A DNA stretch of 64,000 bases from Alphaproteobacteria bacterium (GTDB lineage Bacteria; Pseudomonadota; Alphaproteobacteria; UBA828): assembly GCA_963422645.2 (NCBI GenBank), contig CAXXVO010000009.1, positions 256,001 to 320,000 of the forward strand, in the 5' to 3' direction. Each line of letters starts with the position of its first letter. The stretch's first letter is position 1. The position numbers and the translations under genes are program-made. The notes beneath the pieces are model-generated. The model worked only from the letters and a program-made list of their open reading frames with translations. It had not been told where the DNA came from and did not search any database. Shown piece after piece: positions 23,998 to 33,332 of this stretch.

Positions 23998-25097
23998 ATG
24001 GCCGACATCGAGCTGCGCAACCTGAGCAAGCACTTCGGAACGCTCGCCGCGGTCGACGACATCGACCTCGACGTGGAAGCCGGCGAGGTGGTGTGCCTGC
24101 TCGGCCCATCCGGCTGCGGCAAGACCACGACGCTGCGCATGATCGCGGGCCTCGAGGACACGACGGCGGGCGATATCTTCATCGCCGGCACGCGGGTCAA
24201 TGACCTCGCGCCCCGCGAGCGAGACATCGCCATGGTGTTCCAGTTCTACGCCCTCTACCCCAGCCTGACGGTGGCGGAGAACCTGGCCTTCCCGCTCCAC
24301 GCCGAGAAGATCACCACTGAGGAGATCGACCGGCGGGTGCGCGAGATCGCGGCCCTTCTCGACCTCTCCCATGCGCTGAACCGCGTCCCCGGCCGGCTTG
24401 CGGAGGGCGAGAAGCAGCGCGTCGCGGTGGGGCGTGCCGTCATCCGCGACCCGCAGTGCTTCCTTTTCGACGAGCCCTTGAGCCGCCTGGACATTACCGT
24501 GCGCCAGGAGATGCGCGGGCAGATCAAGCAGCTTCTCAACGGCCTGCACAAGGCGACGGTGATCGTGACCCACGACCAGATCGAGGCGCTCACCATCGCC
24601 GACCGGATCGCGGTCATGCGCGACGGCATCATCGAGCAGGTGGCCAGTCCTCACGACATCTTCGCCAAACCCGCCAACGTCTTCGTCGCGGGCTTCATCG
24701 GCACGCCGCAGATGAACCTGGTGGAGGCCAAGGTCATCGATGCCGATGAGGATAGGGCGAGCGTGAATACGCTAGGGCAGGAGGTGCTCCTGCCATTACA
24801 CGCAGAGGTCTCCCTGCAGGGCACCGTTGCGCGGCGCAACGCCCCGCTCACCGTGGGCGTGCGCCCGCGCGGGCTCGCGCCGGCGCCCGAGGCGGGCCCC
24901 ACCACGATCTCCGGCCAGATCGATCTGATCGAGCCGATGGGGGCCGAGACCTGATCCATCTCCGCATCGGCGAGAAAGACCTGCGCGTCGTGACCAGCCG
25001 GGGACACCCGGCCGCGATCGGCGAGACCATGCACGTGGCGCCAACGCCGGGGCAGGTTCACATCTTCGACCACGACGGCGTGAGGATCGCGTCATGA
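23998..25097 (+). pseudogene. ABC ATP-binding protein with a 1-nt frameshift at ~24950 (real mutation or sequencing error)
   Basis: GPSGCGKT motif; ORF stops at EPMGAET*, while another frame continues LIHLRIGEKDLRVV...VHIFD to TGA 25097, overlapping the next ATG. Confidence 0.8.
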
Positions 25098-25423
25098 CCG
25101 ACGCGCAGGTGGAGCCCCAGGAAACTCCGGCGGAGGAGAAGCCGGCACCGCGCAACATGTCCCGCCGCACGGCGCGCCTGATCGTGCTCGCGATCATCGC
25201 GCTCTGCCTGCTCGCAATCGTCTTCATCTTCCAGCCTGTGTACCAGCCGCTCTATACGGCTGGCTGCATCATGGTGGTGGCCGGCGGCCTGCTCTTCAAT
25301 CTCGTGCCCTTCGCCAACACCCAGAACCCGGTGCGCCGCGTCTTGCGGGTTGCCGCCATCGTCGGCGCCATCCTGCTCGTCGCCGTTCTGGTCGCCATCG
25401 GCTTCGTCGAAATCCTGCTCTAG
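25094..25423 (+). CDS. Small membrane protein (about 3 TM helices)
   Basis: Three hydrophobic stretches; coupled to the ABC operon. Confidence 0.8.
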   Translation: MTDAQVEPQETPAEEKPAPRNMSRRTARLIVLAIIALCLLAIVFIFQPVYQPLYTAGCIMVVAGGLLFNLVPFANTQNPVRRVLRVAAIVGAILLVAVLVAIGFVEILL

Positions 25424-25448
25424 CATCGGCACGCGGGAGCGGCACACG

Positions 25449-25913
25449 ATGACGAGAGACGACTACGTGGACCTGGTGGAGCGGCGCTACTTCGGGAATG
25501 TCGTGCAGGCCGACATCCCGGCTGTGGTCGCCTGCTTTACGGACGACGCTTCGGTCACGATCTATCACGGCGATGCTGCGCCGCGCTTCTTCAAGGCGCA
25601 GCCCAGCGCCGGTGAGACGCCGCTGCCGCGCTTCTTCGAGCATCTGCTCGCGAACTACGAGCCCCGGTTCACCGAGTTCGTCCACTACGTGGATGTGCCC
25701 AACGAGCGCTGCGCCGCGATGTTTCTCGTGACGCTGACGCCGAAGCCCGACTCAGCCTACAGCGACGCCGGCGTGCAGCGGCTGCGCAACTGCAACTTCT
25801 TCCGCTGCCGGGACGGTCTCATCCACGAGATGACCATCTACTACAGCAATCCCGGCAGCGCAGGCAGCGCAGACGCCCGCGGCTCCCGCCCCACCGGCTT
25901 CCCCCAGGCCTGA
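25449..25913 (+). CDS. NTF2/SnoaL-like protein
   Basis: YF..V...D...VVACFTDDA and NCNFF...DGLI pattern; GGAG RBS. Confidence 0.75.
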   Translation: MTRDDYVDLVERRYFGNVVQADIPAVVACFTDDASVTIYHGDAAPRFFKAQPSAGETPLPRFFEHLLANYEPRFTEFVHYVDVPNERCAAMFLVTLTPKPDSAYSDAGVQRLRNCNFFRCRDGLIHEMTIYYSNPGSAGSADARGSRPTGFPQA

Positions 25914-26071
25914 CCCGCTCAGCGCTTGCACCATGGTGCGAGGCACGGCGCGAACCTCCCGTGCCACGATCGTGCCATGCCGTTCTCGAACAAACACACC
26001 GGCGCATGCAGAAGGGGAGCAAGCAGGCGGCAGGCCCTCACCGCGCGCGACCGATCCGGCCCGCGCGCTCG

Positions 26072-26139
26072 CTTATCCCACTTATCCCACTTACATCCCA
26101 CTTATCCCACTTACATCCCACTTATCCCGGGAATCCCAC
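26072..26139. repeat. Tandem repeat of CTTATCCCA / CTTACATCCCA units (6 units plus one degenerate)
   Basis: Units start at 26072, 26081, 26090, 26101, 26110 and 26121. Confidence 0.95.
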
Positions 26140-26252
26140 ATTAAAATTTTGTAACTGCCCAGGTCTGATTCTGCCGAGCACTCGGACGTGATGGATTGAT
26201 GGTTCTGACCAGCCAGGGGTCAGGCGGCGCTTTCCCGGAGCAGCGCAGGATT

Positions 26253-27794
26253 TCAGAAGCGCAATACGGGGATCAGCTGGATTGGATCGGGGTGCGCCAG
26301 GGTTTCGAGGACATTCCAGCGCTGTTTTCGAGCGGTGGCGATGACGGATCGCAGGTTTGCGAAGTCGCGGGCGCCTTGTATCGAGCGGAAGCCGCCTGAG
26401 ATTTTCTGGCGCAGCTTGCCCATTCGGAGGTCGCGCTCGGCCTCGTTGTTGGAGAAGGGGGTTCGCGGATCGGTGAGGAAGCGCAGGCACCCCTCCTTGT
26501 ACTTCTGGAGTCGGAGGGCGAGGTTGTGACCGATGCGGCGCTTTTGTCGTCCGCGCTTTCCGGTCTGGAGCGGTGGCATTTCTTCGTGAGAGGCGATGGC
26601 ACGTTCGAGGATGCGGTCCCAGGCTCGCGAGATGCGGGCCACCAGTGAGGCGGGCACGTCGCGGTCGTTCTTGTGGGCGAAGCGGGCGGCTCTGTTGGCA
26701 CGGATGAGGAGCCGGTGCGTGCTCGTTGCCCAGTCTTCCTTCTCGATCTCGATGAGGGCTTGGAGCTCGCGCAGGTGATGGGCGTTGCAGGCCCCGTGGC
26801 GCACGCCCTCGAGAGCGAAGTAGGTGGCGTAGTCGTCATGGATGACGATGCCGTTGAGCTTCTCGTCGATGTGGCTGCGCCCGGTGGCGACGCGCAGGAT
26901 GGTGAGCAACGGGGTGCACAGCACATGGAGCCAATGGGTCCGGGCGGCGATGCGGATGCCGGTCTCGTCGAGGTGTTTGACTGGGGCTGCGGTGCGGATG
27001 ATCTCCGCGAGGCGATCGAGGAAGCCCTCGAAGCGCCGGGCGGTGCGCCTTCCCATGGCGACGATGGTGGCTGTTGAGAGCTTGACCGCGAAGAGGTCGC
27101 TCATGACCTCGGCGACCCGCTTCTCGGGAATGAACTGAGCGTGCAGCAGGTAGGTCACCCACGCGGTGATGCGCGGCCCGTATTGGACCGGTGCGCTCAC
27201 GCCGTTCGGGAAGACGGCTGTCGTCACGGTGCCGCAGGCAGCGCAGAGGCAACGATGGCCGCGATGTTCGGTGACCTCGAGGGGCTGCGGCTCGGGCACA
27301 TCGAAGACCTGCCGGCAGACGGGGGCTCCGTGACGGTCAGCGTCCGACAGCGGCGCGCCGCAGCCCTCACAGGCGGACGGATCATGATCGACGACATGGT
27401 CGGGCGTCGCGGTCCGCTCCAGGGTAGTTCCCTTGTGGCCCGGCTGGCCGCCACTGGGCCTGTCGGACTTGCCGCGCTGGCTCCGGGTGCGCTTCTCCCG
27501 GTCACCGCTCTTCTTCTTCAGACCGTCGCTGGCCGGCGGCTTGGAGCTGGTGGTGCTGTCGAGCGCGGCGCTGCGCTCGAGTTCGGCGATCCGCTCGCGC
27601 AAGCGGGCGTTCTCCCGCTCCAGCGCGTCGTTCTCCTTGACCAGGGCCGCGCTCAGGCGCAGCAACCCCTGGCCCCATTCCCGAATGGCTTTGACGGCGG
27701 TCATTGCGAAGGATTGTGGGGTGAAAAGGTCCTGCAGGCACGCGAAGGCCTCGTCGTGGGCAGCGAGGTCCTCGTGCCAGCGCGACACTGTCAC
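26253..27794 (-). CDS. tnpC: IS66 DDE transposase TnpC
   Basis: Coiled coil, SSKPPASD, GGQPGHKG, CxxC zinc motifs, HLDETG, HDD, CNAHHLREL and NNEAERDLR; GTG start overlaps the MTase TGA. Confidence 0.95.
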   Translation of the reverse strand: MTVSRWHEDLAAHDEAFACLQDLFTPQSFAMTAVKAIREWGQGLLRLSAALVKENDALERENARLRERIAELERSAALDSTTSSKPPASDGLKKKSGDREKRTRSQRGKSDRPSGGQPGHKGTTLERTATPDHVVDHDPSACEGCGAPLSDADRHGAPVCRQVFDVPEPQPLEVTEHRGHRCLCAACGTVTTAVFPNGVSAPVQYGPRITAWVTYLLHAQFIPEKRVAEVMSDLFAVKLSTATIVAMGRRTARRFEGFLDRLAEIIRTAAPVKHLDETGIRIAARTHWLHVLCTPLLTILRVATGRSHIDEKLNGIVIHDDYATYFALEGVRHGACNAHHLRELQALIEIEKEDWATSTHRLLIRANRAARFAHKNDRDVPASLVARISRAWDRILERAIASHEEMPPLQTGKRGRQKRRIGHNLALRLQKYKEGCLRFLTDPRTPFSNNEAERDLRMGKLRQKISGGFRSIQGARDFANLRSVIATARKQRWNVLETLAHPDPIQLIPVLRF

Positions 27795-28459
27795 GAACCC
27801 TCGTCGGCCTCGACGGCCATGATCGCGGCCAGCACCGCCAGGCGTTCGCCCGCCGGCATGGCCTCGTAGCGCCGGCCCCAGTTGGCCGCCTTGCGCTTGA
27901 TGCACTGGCGCTCGGTGAAGTTCCGGCCGGCGAAGCTCGCCCAGTGCACCCGGTCAGGCGCGAAGTTGAACCACACGACCTCGGTCCGCACCTGGGCCTG
28001 GGTCGTCACCTGCAGCGCCAGCCGGCGCCAGCCCGCCAGCAGCTCGTCATAGAGCGCAGACGGGTGGCCCGAGACCATCACCTGGCAGGGCAGACCCTTG
28101 AGCAGTTCGAGGAGCGCGACGTGGTCGGCCTCCTCGTACTCGAAGCGGTAGCGCTGCGACGAACGCCGGGTCGCGTGCAGATAGGGCGGATCGCTGTAGA
28201 CCAGCTCCGGGCCCAGAAACGGGAACGAGGCCAGGAAGGAATGGGCGCAGCCGTGCACCAACTCCACCGGGTAGTCGCAGCCAAAGGCCTCAAGCGCCCG
28301 CTCGTCGCGGTCGATCCCGATCGAGCGCATGGCCGCAGGCTTGCGCTTCATCAGCGCCCCGCCCCCAAGATGGCTCTCGATATAGACAGAGTGCCGCGGC
28401 ATCAGCGCAATCAGCGCCTGGCTCAGACCGGTCGTCGCCTTCGACCCGAAATACCCCAC
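27791..28459 (-). CDS. Compact Dam-like (D12 class) DNA adenine methyltransferase
   Basis: YFGSK (motif X), YIESHLGGG (motif I), VYSDPPY (motif IV), VMVSG and RTEVVW. Confidence 0.9.
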   Translation of the reverse strand: MGYFGSKATTGLSQALIALMPRHSVYIESHLGGGALMKRKPAAMRSIGIDRDERALEAFGCDYPVELVHGCAHSFLASFPFLGPELVYSDPPYLHATRRSSQRYRFEYEEADHVALLELLKGLPCQVMVSGHPSALYDELLAGWRRLALQVTTQAQVRTEVVWFNFAPDRVHWASFAGRNFTERQCIKRKAANWGRRYEAMPAGERLAVLAAIMAVEADEGS

Positions 28460-28838
28460 CGGCTGCTCCTCTCATGCGAGAGTGCAACCCATAGGCGAGA
28501 TAACCTATACAGTCAAGCGGGGATCAACGACGCGCCGACGGCGAAACGGCACCGACGGCAAGCAACATCAGCACGCACTCAGAACTGGCGGCGGGGTACC
28601 TGGGTAGTTACAAAATTTTCTTGTCTCGTCCCGCGTCGTGTTCCGTCACCGGGTGCTCGTTGCGCGTGCTCGGGCCCGGCGCTACAGTTCTCACTGTCGA
28701 CGCGGCCCTCCGGGCCGAGCGACCGCCCGAACGACGGAACGGTCGGTCCTTGTCGGCGACGGTCGAGGCGCCGTGGAGGTGCGGGTGCGCTCGCTCCAGT
28801 CGGAACCAGCCTCACACACTGCAGGTTGAGGAGGAGGC

Positions 28839-29672
28839 GTGAGCCCCGCGGGGTCCGCGACGCGCGACGTGTGGCATGCAAGTGGCGACCGGCAACCGCG
28901 CCGGTCGGCGACACTCCGGACGCTTGGGCTGGTGTTCGCCAGTCTCCTCGCCTGTTGCTGGGCCGGGCCCGCAGCTGCCGAGCGGGTGATCGTGCTCGCG
29001 GCCGCGAGCACCGCGCACGTGATCGACGCGCTAATCGGGCAGTTCGAGGCGGGGCCTGGCGACAGTGTCGTGGCCTCCTACGCCGGAACCTCAGCACTCG
29101 CGCGCCAGATCGAGAGCGGCGCCCCGGCCGAAATCTTCCTCGCGGCCAATGCGGCGTGGATGGACTACGTGGACGCGCAAGGTCTGATCGAGCCCGGCAG
29201 CCGGCAGGTGCTCGCCGGCAATCGCCTGGTGTTCGTCACCGGTGACGCCAACATGGCGCCCTTCGAACCCTCGGCGGCGCTCGATTTTTCTGCATTGCTG
29301 AGCGGCGGGCGGCTGGCCATCGGCAACCCCGACCATGTACCGGCCGGCATCTACGCGCGCCAGGCGCTGGAAGCGCTGGGCCTCTGGCGCGACGTGCGGA
29401 GCCAGCTTGCGCCGGCGGCCGACGTGCGGGCGGCACTCGCGCTGGTGGCCAGGGGAGAGGCGCCGCTCGGAATCGTCTACGCCACCGATTCCGCCCGCAT
29501 CGAAGGCGTGCATGTGGTGGGAACGATCCCGGCGTCGCTGCATGAGCCCATCGTGTATCCGATGGCCCTCATCGCGGGCCGCGTCTCGCCGCTGGTGACG
29601 CGCTTCTTCGAATTTCTCGCGGGGCCGGAGGGCCGGGCGGCCTTCGCCCGCGCCGGCTTCATCGTCGACTGA
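28839..29672 (+). CDS. modA: Molybdate ABC substrate-binding protein
   Basis: LAAAS, GTSALARQIESGAPA, VPAGIYA and GIVYATD motifs. Confidence 0.95.
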   Translation: MSPAGSATRDVWHASGDRQPRRSATLRTLGLVFASLLACCWAGPAAAERVIVLAAASTAHVIDALIGQFEAGPGDSVVASYAGTSALARQIESGAPAEIFLAANAAWMDYVDAQGLIEPGSRQVLAGNRLVFVTGDANMAPFEPSAALDFSALLSGGRLAIGNPDHVPAGIYARQALEALGLWRDVRSQLAPAADVRAALALVARGEAPLGIVYATDSARIEGVHVVGTIPASLHEPIVYPMALIAGRVSPLVTRFFEFLAGPEGRAAFARAGFIVD

Positions 29673-29684
29673 AAGACCGGGTGG

Positions 29685-30374
29685 ATGGCGCTGACTCCAC
29701 TGGAGGTCGAGGCGATCAGGCTCAGCCTGCGGGTGGCGGGCTGGGCGGTTCTGATCAGCCTGCCTCTCGGCATCGCTGTCGCCTGGCTGCTCGCGCGCTA
29801 TCGCTTCCCCGGCCGAGAGATCCTCAATGGCCTGGTCCACCTGCCGCTGGTGCTGCCGCCGGTGGTGGTGGGCTTCGTGCTGCTGCTGCTGCTCGGCAAG
29901 CGCGGACCGCTCGGCGCCTGGCTCGACGACTGGTTCGGCATCACTCTCGCCTTTACCTGGCAGGGCGCGGCGGTGGCCTCGGCCGTGGTCTCTTTCCCGC
30001 TCATGGTCCGCGCGATCCGGCTCTCGATCGAGGGTATGGACCGGCGGCTGGAGACCGCCGCACGAACGCTGGGCGCCCCGCCGGTCTGGGTGTTCGCGAC
30101 CATCAGCCTGCCGCACATCGCGCCTGGCATTCTGACCGGTGTCATCCTCGCTTTCGCCCGCTGCCTCGGCGAGTTCGGCGCGACCATCACCTTCGTTTCC
30201 AACATTCCCGGAGAGACCCGAACCCTGCCGCTCGCGCTCTACACTTATACCCAGGTGCCGAGCGGCCTGGACGGCGCCTTTCGCCTGATGGTGATCGCCA
30301 TCGTCATCGCCTTTGCCGCACTGATCGGCTCCGAATTTCTGGCGCGCATCGTCAAGCGCCGGCTGGAGGGGTGA
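29685..30374 (+). CDS. modB: Molybdate ABC permease
   Basis: HLPLVLPPVVVG and LGEFGATI motifs. Confidence 0.96.
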   Translation: MALTPLEVEAIRLSLRVAGWAVLISLPLGIAVAWLLARYRFPGREILNGLVHLPLVLPPVVVGFVLLLLLGKRGPLGAWLDDWFGITLAFTWQGAAVASAVVSFPLMVRAIRLSIEGMDRRLETAARTLGAPPVWVFATISLPHIAPGILTGVILAFARCLGEFGATITFVSNIPGETRTLPLALYTYTQVPSGLDGAFRLMVIAIVIAFAALIGSEFLARIVKRRLEG

Positions 30375-31477
30375 TGCTGGCGGTCCAGGCGCGACTCACC
30401 CGGGGCGAATTCACGCTCGATGCATCCTTCGGCGCCGAGGCCGACGGCGTCGTCGCGCTCTTCGGCGCCTCGGGTGCCGGCAAGACCACGCTTGCGGACG
30501 CCATCGCTGGCCTCGTGCGGCCCGAGGCGGGACGGATCGCGCTCGAAGACCGCGTGCTCTTCGATGCGGAGGCCGGGATCGACCTCAAGCCGGAGCGCCG
30601 CCGGATCGGCTACGTGTTTCAGGACGGCCGCCTCTTCCCCCTCCTCAGCGTGCGCCACAACCTGCTCTACGGGCACCGCTTCGCGCCGCGCGACGGGCGT
30701 TATGCGACGCTGGAGAGGATCGTGACGCTGCTCGGCCTGGAGACGCTGCTGCAGCGCCGGCCAGGCACCCTCTCCGGCGGCGAGCGCCAGCGCGTGGCGC
30801 TCGGCCGGGCTCTCATGGCCCAACCGGAGCTCCTGCTCATGGACGAGCCACTGGCCGCGCTCGACGTGCCCCGCAAGGCGCAAGTCATCGACTACATCGA
30901 GCGGCTGCGCGACGAGATCGGCGTGCCCATCGTCTTCGTCAGCCATGCGGTCGACGAGGTGGCGCGGCTCGCGGGAACCATCGTGGTCATGGCCGGCGGC
31001 AGGGTCGCAGCGGCGGGCCCTGCCGCGGAGGTCATGGCCAGACTCGATCTCGACCCGCTGGCAGGGATCGAAGCGGCCGGCGCGGTGCTGGACGCCACCG
31101 TTCAGAGCCACGACGCGGCTTACGGGCTCACCGAGCTCGCGGTACCGGGCGGCACCCTGCGCGTGCCGCGCCTCAGGCTTGCTCCGGGACGCCGCCTCAG
31201 GGTCCGCGTGCGGGCGCGCGACGTCTCGCTGGCGACTGCGGAGCCGCGCGAGACCAGCGTCCTCAACGTCTTCCGCGGCCGGGTTGTCGAGATCGGACCG
31301 CGCCGAGGCGCCTCGGTCGACGTGGCGGTCGACATCGGCGCCCGGCTGACGGCGCGTATCACGGCTCGCTCCGCCGATACACTCGGCCTTGCCCCCGGCA
31401 GCCAAGTCTACGCGCTGGTCAAGAGCGTCGCGGTCGATCCGGCCTCGCTGGTGCAGGCTGAGCAGGACGGCTCCTGA
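30374..31477 (+). CDS. modC: Molybdate ABC ATPase with TOBE domain
   Basis: GASGAGKT, LSGGERQR and C-terminal SVLN..VYALVKSVA; ATG at 30374. Confidence 0.95.
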   Translation: MLAVQARLTRGEFTLDASFGAEADGVVALFGASGAGKTTLADAIAGLVRPEAGRIALEDRVLFDAEAGIDLKPERRRIGYVFQDGRLFPLLSVRHNLLYGHRFAPRDGRYATLERIVTLLGLETLLQRRPGTLSGGERQRVALGRALMAQPELLLMDEPLAALDVPRKAQVIDYIERLRDEIGVPIVFVSHAVDEVARLAGTIVVMAGGRVAAAGPAAEVMARLDLDPLAGIEAAGAVLDATVQSHDAAYGLTELAVPGGTLRVPRLRLAPGRRLRVRVRARDVSLATAEPRETSVLNVFRGRVVEIGPRRGASVDVAVDIGARLTARITARSADTLGLAPGSQVYALVKSVAVDPASLVQAEQDGS

Positions 31478-31808
31478 CCCGTGGGCGCTGGGGACTCGGA
31501 AGCGTCAGCCCCAGGCCTCACCCGCAGCGGGCTCTCGCACCTGGCGTAGGGGGCGGCAGGCAAGGCCAGTTGGAGCTCGCGGGAGGCACCGCTGTCTATG
31601 CCGGTCTGAAAGGAAGCTGTGCCTACGAGACCAGCTGTCTGGCGAACGATCAGGTCGTAACGACCACGGATTGCACCTGGCAGAGCGATTGATTGTCAGG
31701 GGACGAAGCATTCCACTCGTGTCGACGAGGGCGCCTGCGCGCGGGCTTGCGTAGGGCCCGCCAACCTGCAACGCTTCGCCGCGGCTATTCCTTGCAGTGG
31801 AGGTGGCT

Positions 31809-32090
31809 ATGGGCGCGGCAACGCCAACCGTGCTAATCGACAACGAGCGCGTGCGCGTCACCGAGTGGCGCTTCAAGCCCGGCGAGGCGACGGGTTGGCA
31901 CCGGCACGAATACGACTACGTGGTGGTGCCGGTGACGACCGGACACCTCCACCTCAAGGAGCCCGACGGCGAGCGCACGGTCCAAATTGTCCACGGCTCG
32001 CCCTATTACCGGGGTGAAGGAGTCGAGCACGACGTCATCAACCCGAGCGACACCGACGACGTGGTCTTTGTCGAGGTCGAGGTGAAGTAG
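31809..32090 (+). CDS. Cupin-domain protein
   Basis: GWHRHEYDYVVVP...GVEHDV motif. Confidence 0.88.
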   Translation: MGAATPTVLIDNERVRVTEWRFKPGEATGWHRHEYDYVVVPVTTGHLHLKEPDGERTVQIVHGSPYYRGEGVEHDVINPSDTDDVVFVEVEVK

Positions 32091-32118
32091 GGCCGGCCCC
32101 GGCCATCGCGCCGGACCG

Positions 32119-32147
32119 GAGTCAACGAACCGTCACAATTCCGTATT
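32119..32147 (+). promoter_or_regulatory. Pho box (PhoB-binding site) upstream of pstS
   Basis: GAGTCAA-CGAA-CCGTCAC-AATT-CCGTATT: half-sites at 11-bp period resembling CTGTCAT. Confidence 0.7.
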
Positions 32148-32250
32148 ATTTCCATCTTGGTGCGGCGTTAGCGTACGCCTGCCATCCCGGGAGGCCACGC
32201 GTGGGCGTGGCCGTCGCCATCGGGATGCGAGCGAACCCGGAGGACACGCC

Positions 32251-33297
32251 TTGACCAAGTCAACCCTCGCCATCGCGGCAGCGGCAGCTCTCGCGCTGAC
32301 CGCATCAGTGGCGCTGACCAATGCTGCGGAGGCCCGCGATCAGATCAGGATCGTGGGGTCTTCGACCGTGTTTCCCTTCGCCACCGCCGTCGCCGAAGAG
32401 TTCGGCAAGACCACTGGGCACAAGACACCGGTGGTCGAGAGCACGGGCTCGGGCGGCGGGCTCAAGCTCTTCTGCGGCGGTGTAGGTGTCGACCATCCAG
32501 ACGTCACCAACGCCTCGCGCCGGATCAAGACCTCGGAGGTGGAACGATGCGCCGGGAACGGCGTGACCGCCATCACCGAGGTCAAGATCGGTTATGACGG
32601 GATCGTGCTCGCCAACTCCAGGGCGACCGAGCCCTTCTCGATCACCCTGCAGCAGCTCTTCCTCGCGCTGGCGAAGGATGTCCCCTCGGACGGCGGAATA
32701 GTGCCCAATCCCAACCAGACCTGGAGTGAAGTCGACTCGTCGCTGCCTGCGGTCAAGATCGAGGTGCTCGGCCCGCCGCCGACCTCCGGCACGCGGGACG
32801 CCTTCGTCGAGCTCGCGATGGAAGGCGGCTGCAAGACCTTCCCCGACATCAAGGCGCTAAAGAAGCAGGACAAGAATGCCTACAAGTCCATCTGCCACGC
32901 AATCCGCGAGGACGGCGCCTTCGTCGAGGCGGGCGAGAACGACAATCTCATCGTCCAGAAGCTTGACGCCAATCCCAGCGCGCTCGGGATCTTCGGCTAC
33001 AGCTTCCTCGAGCAGAACCGTGACAAGGTTCAGGGCAGCACCATCAATGGCGTCGAGCCGGACTTCGACACCATCGCCGACGGCAGCTATCCGGTCTCCC
33101 GCTCCATGTACTTCTACGTGAAGAAGGCGCATGTGGGCGTGATCCCCGGCATCGACGAGTTCGTCGCGACCTTCACCGACGAAGACGCCTGGGGACCCTA
33201 CGGCTATCTGGCGGACAAGGGGCTTATCCCGCTCCCCGATGCGGAACGTGAGGCGATGCGCACCCAAGCTACCAGCATGGCTCACCTCTCGATGTAA
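32251..33297 (+). CDS. pstS: Phosphate ABC substrate-binding protein PstS
   Basis: IVGSSTVFP, STGSGGG, GPPPTSGTRD and YPVSR motifs. Confidence 0.93.
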   Translation: MTKSTLAIAAAAALALTASVALTNAAEARDQIRIVGSSTVFPFATAVAEEFGKTTGHKTPVVESTGSGGGLKLFCGGVGVDHPDVTNASRRIKTSEVERCAGNGVTAITEVKIGYDGIVLANSRATEPFSITLQQLFLALAKDVPSDGGIVPNPNQTWSEVDSSLPAVKIEVLGPPPTSGTRDAFVELAMEGGCKTFPDIKALKKQDKNAYKSICHAIREDGAFVEAGENDNLIVQKLDANPSALGIFGYSFLEQNRDKVQGSTINGVEPDFDTIADGSYPVSRSMYFYVKKAHVGVIPGIDEFVATFTDEDAWGPYGYLADKGLIPLPDAEREAMRTQATSMAHLSM

Positions 33298-33332
33298 CCG
33301 GGCTCGCCACAAGACCCTGGAGTCGTGCTACA

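Larger units (their letters stand above)
26151..28611 (-). mobile_element. IS66-family element carrying a DNA adenine methyltransferase, copy 1 (2461 bp)
   Basis: TIRs GTAACTGCCCAGGT / ACCTGGGTAGTTAC (13 of 14 match); 8-bp target duplication AAAATTTT at 26143-26150 and 28612-28619. Confidence 0.97.

Noticed and set aside
26072-26139. CRISPR array
   Set aside because: Units are 9-11 nt with no unique spacers, and there are no cas genes
27791-28459. Restriction-modification system
   Set aside because: No endonuclease or specificity gene inside or beside the element
28620-28838. Moco riboswitch or ModE box upstream of modA
   Set aside because: No recognisable consensus by eye; needs an Rfam scan
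31595-31625. SRP RNA (ffs)
   Set aside because: Mismatches at conserved helix-8 positions and no clear long enclosing hairpin; left as an unassigned ncRNA candidate
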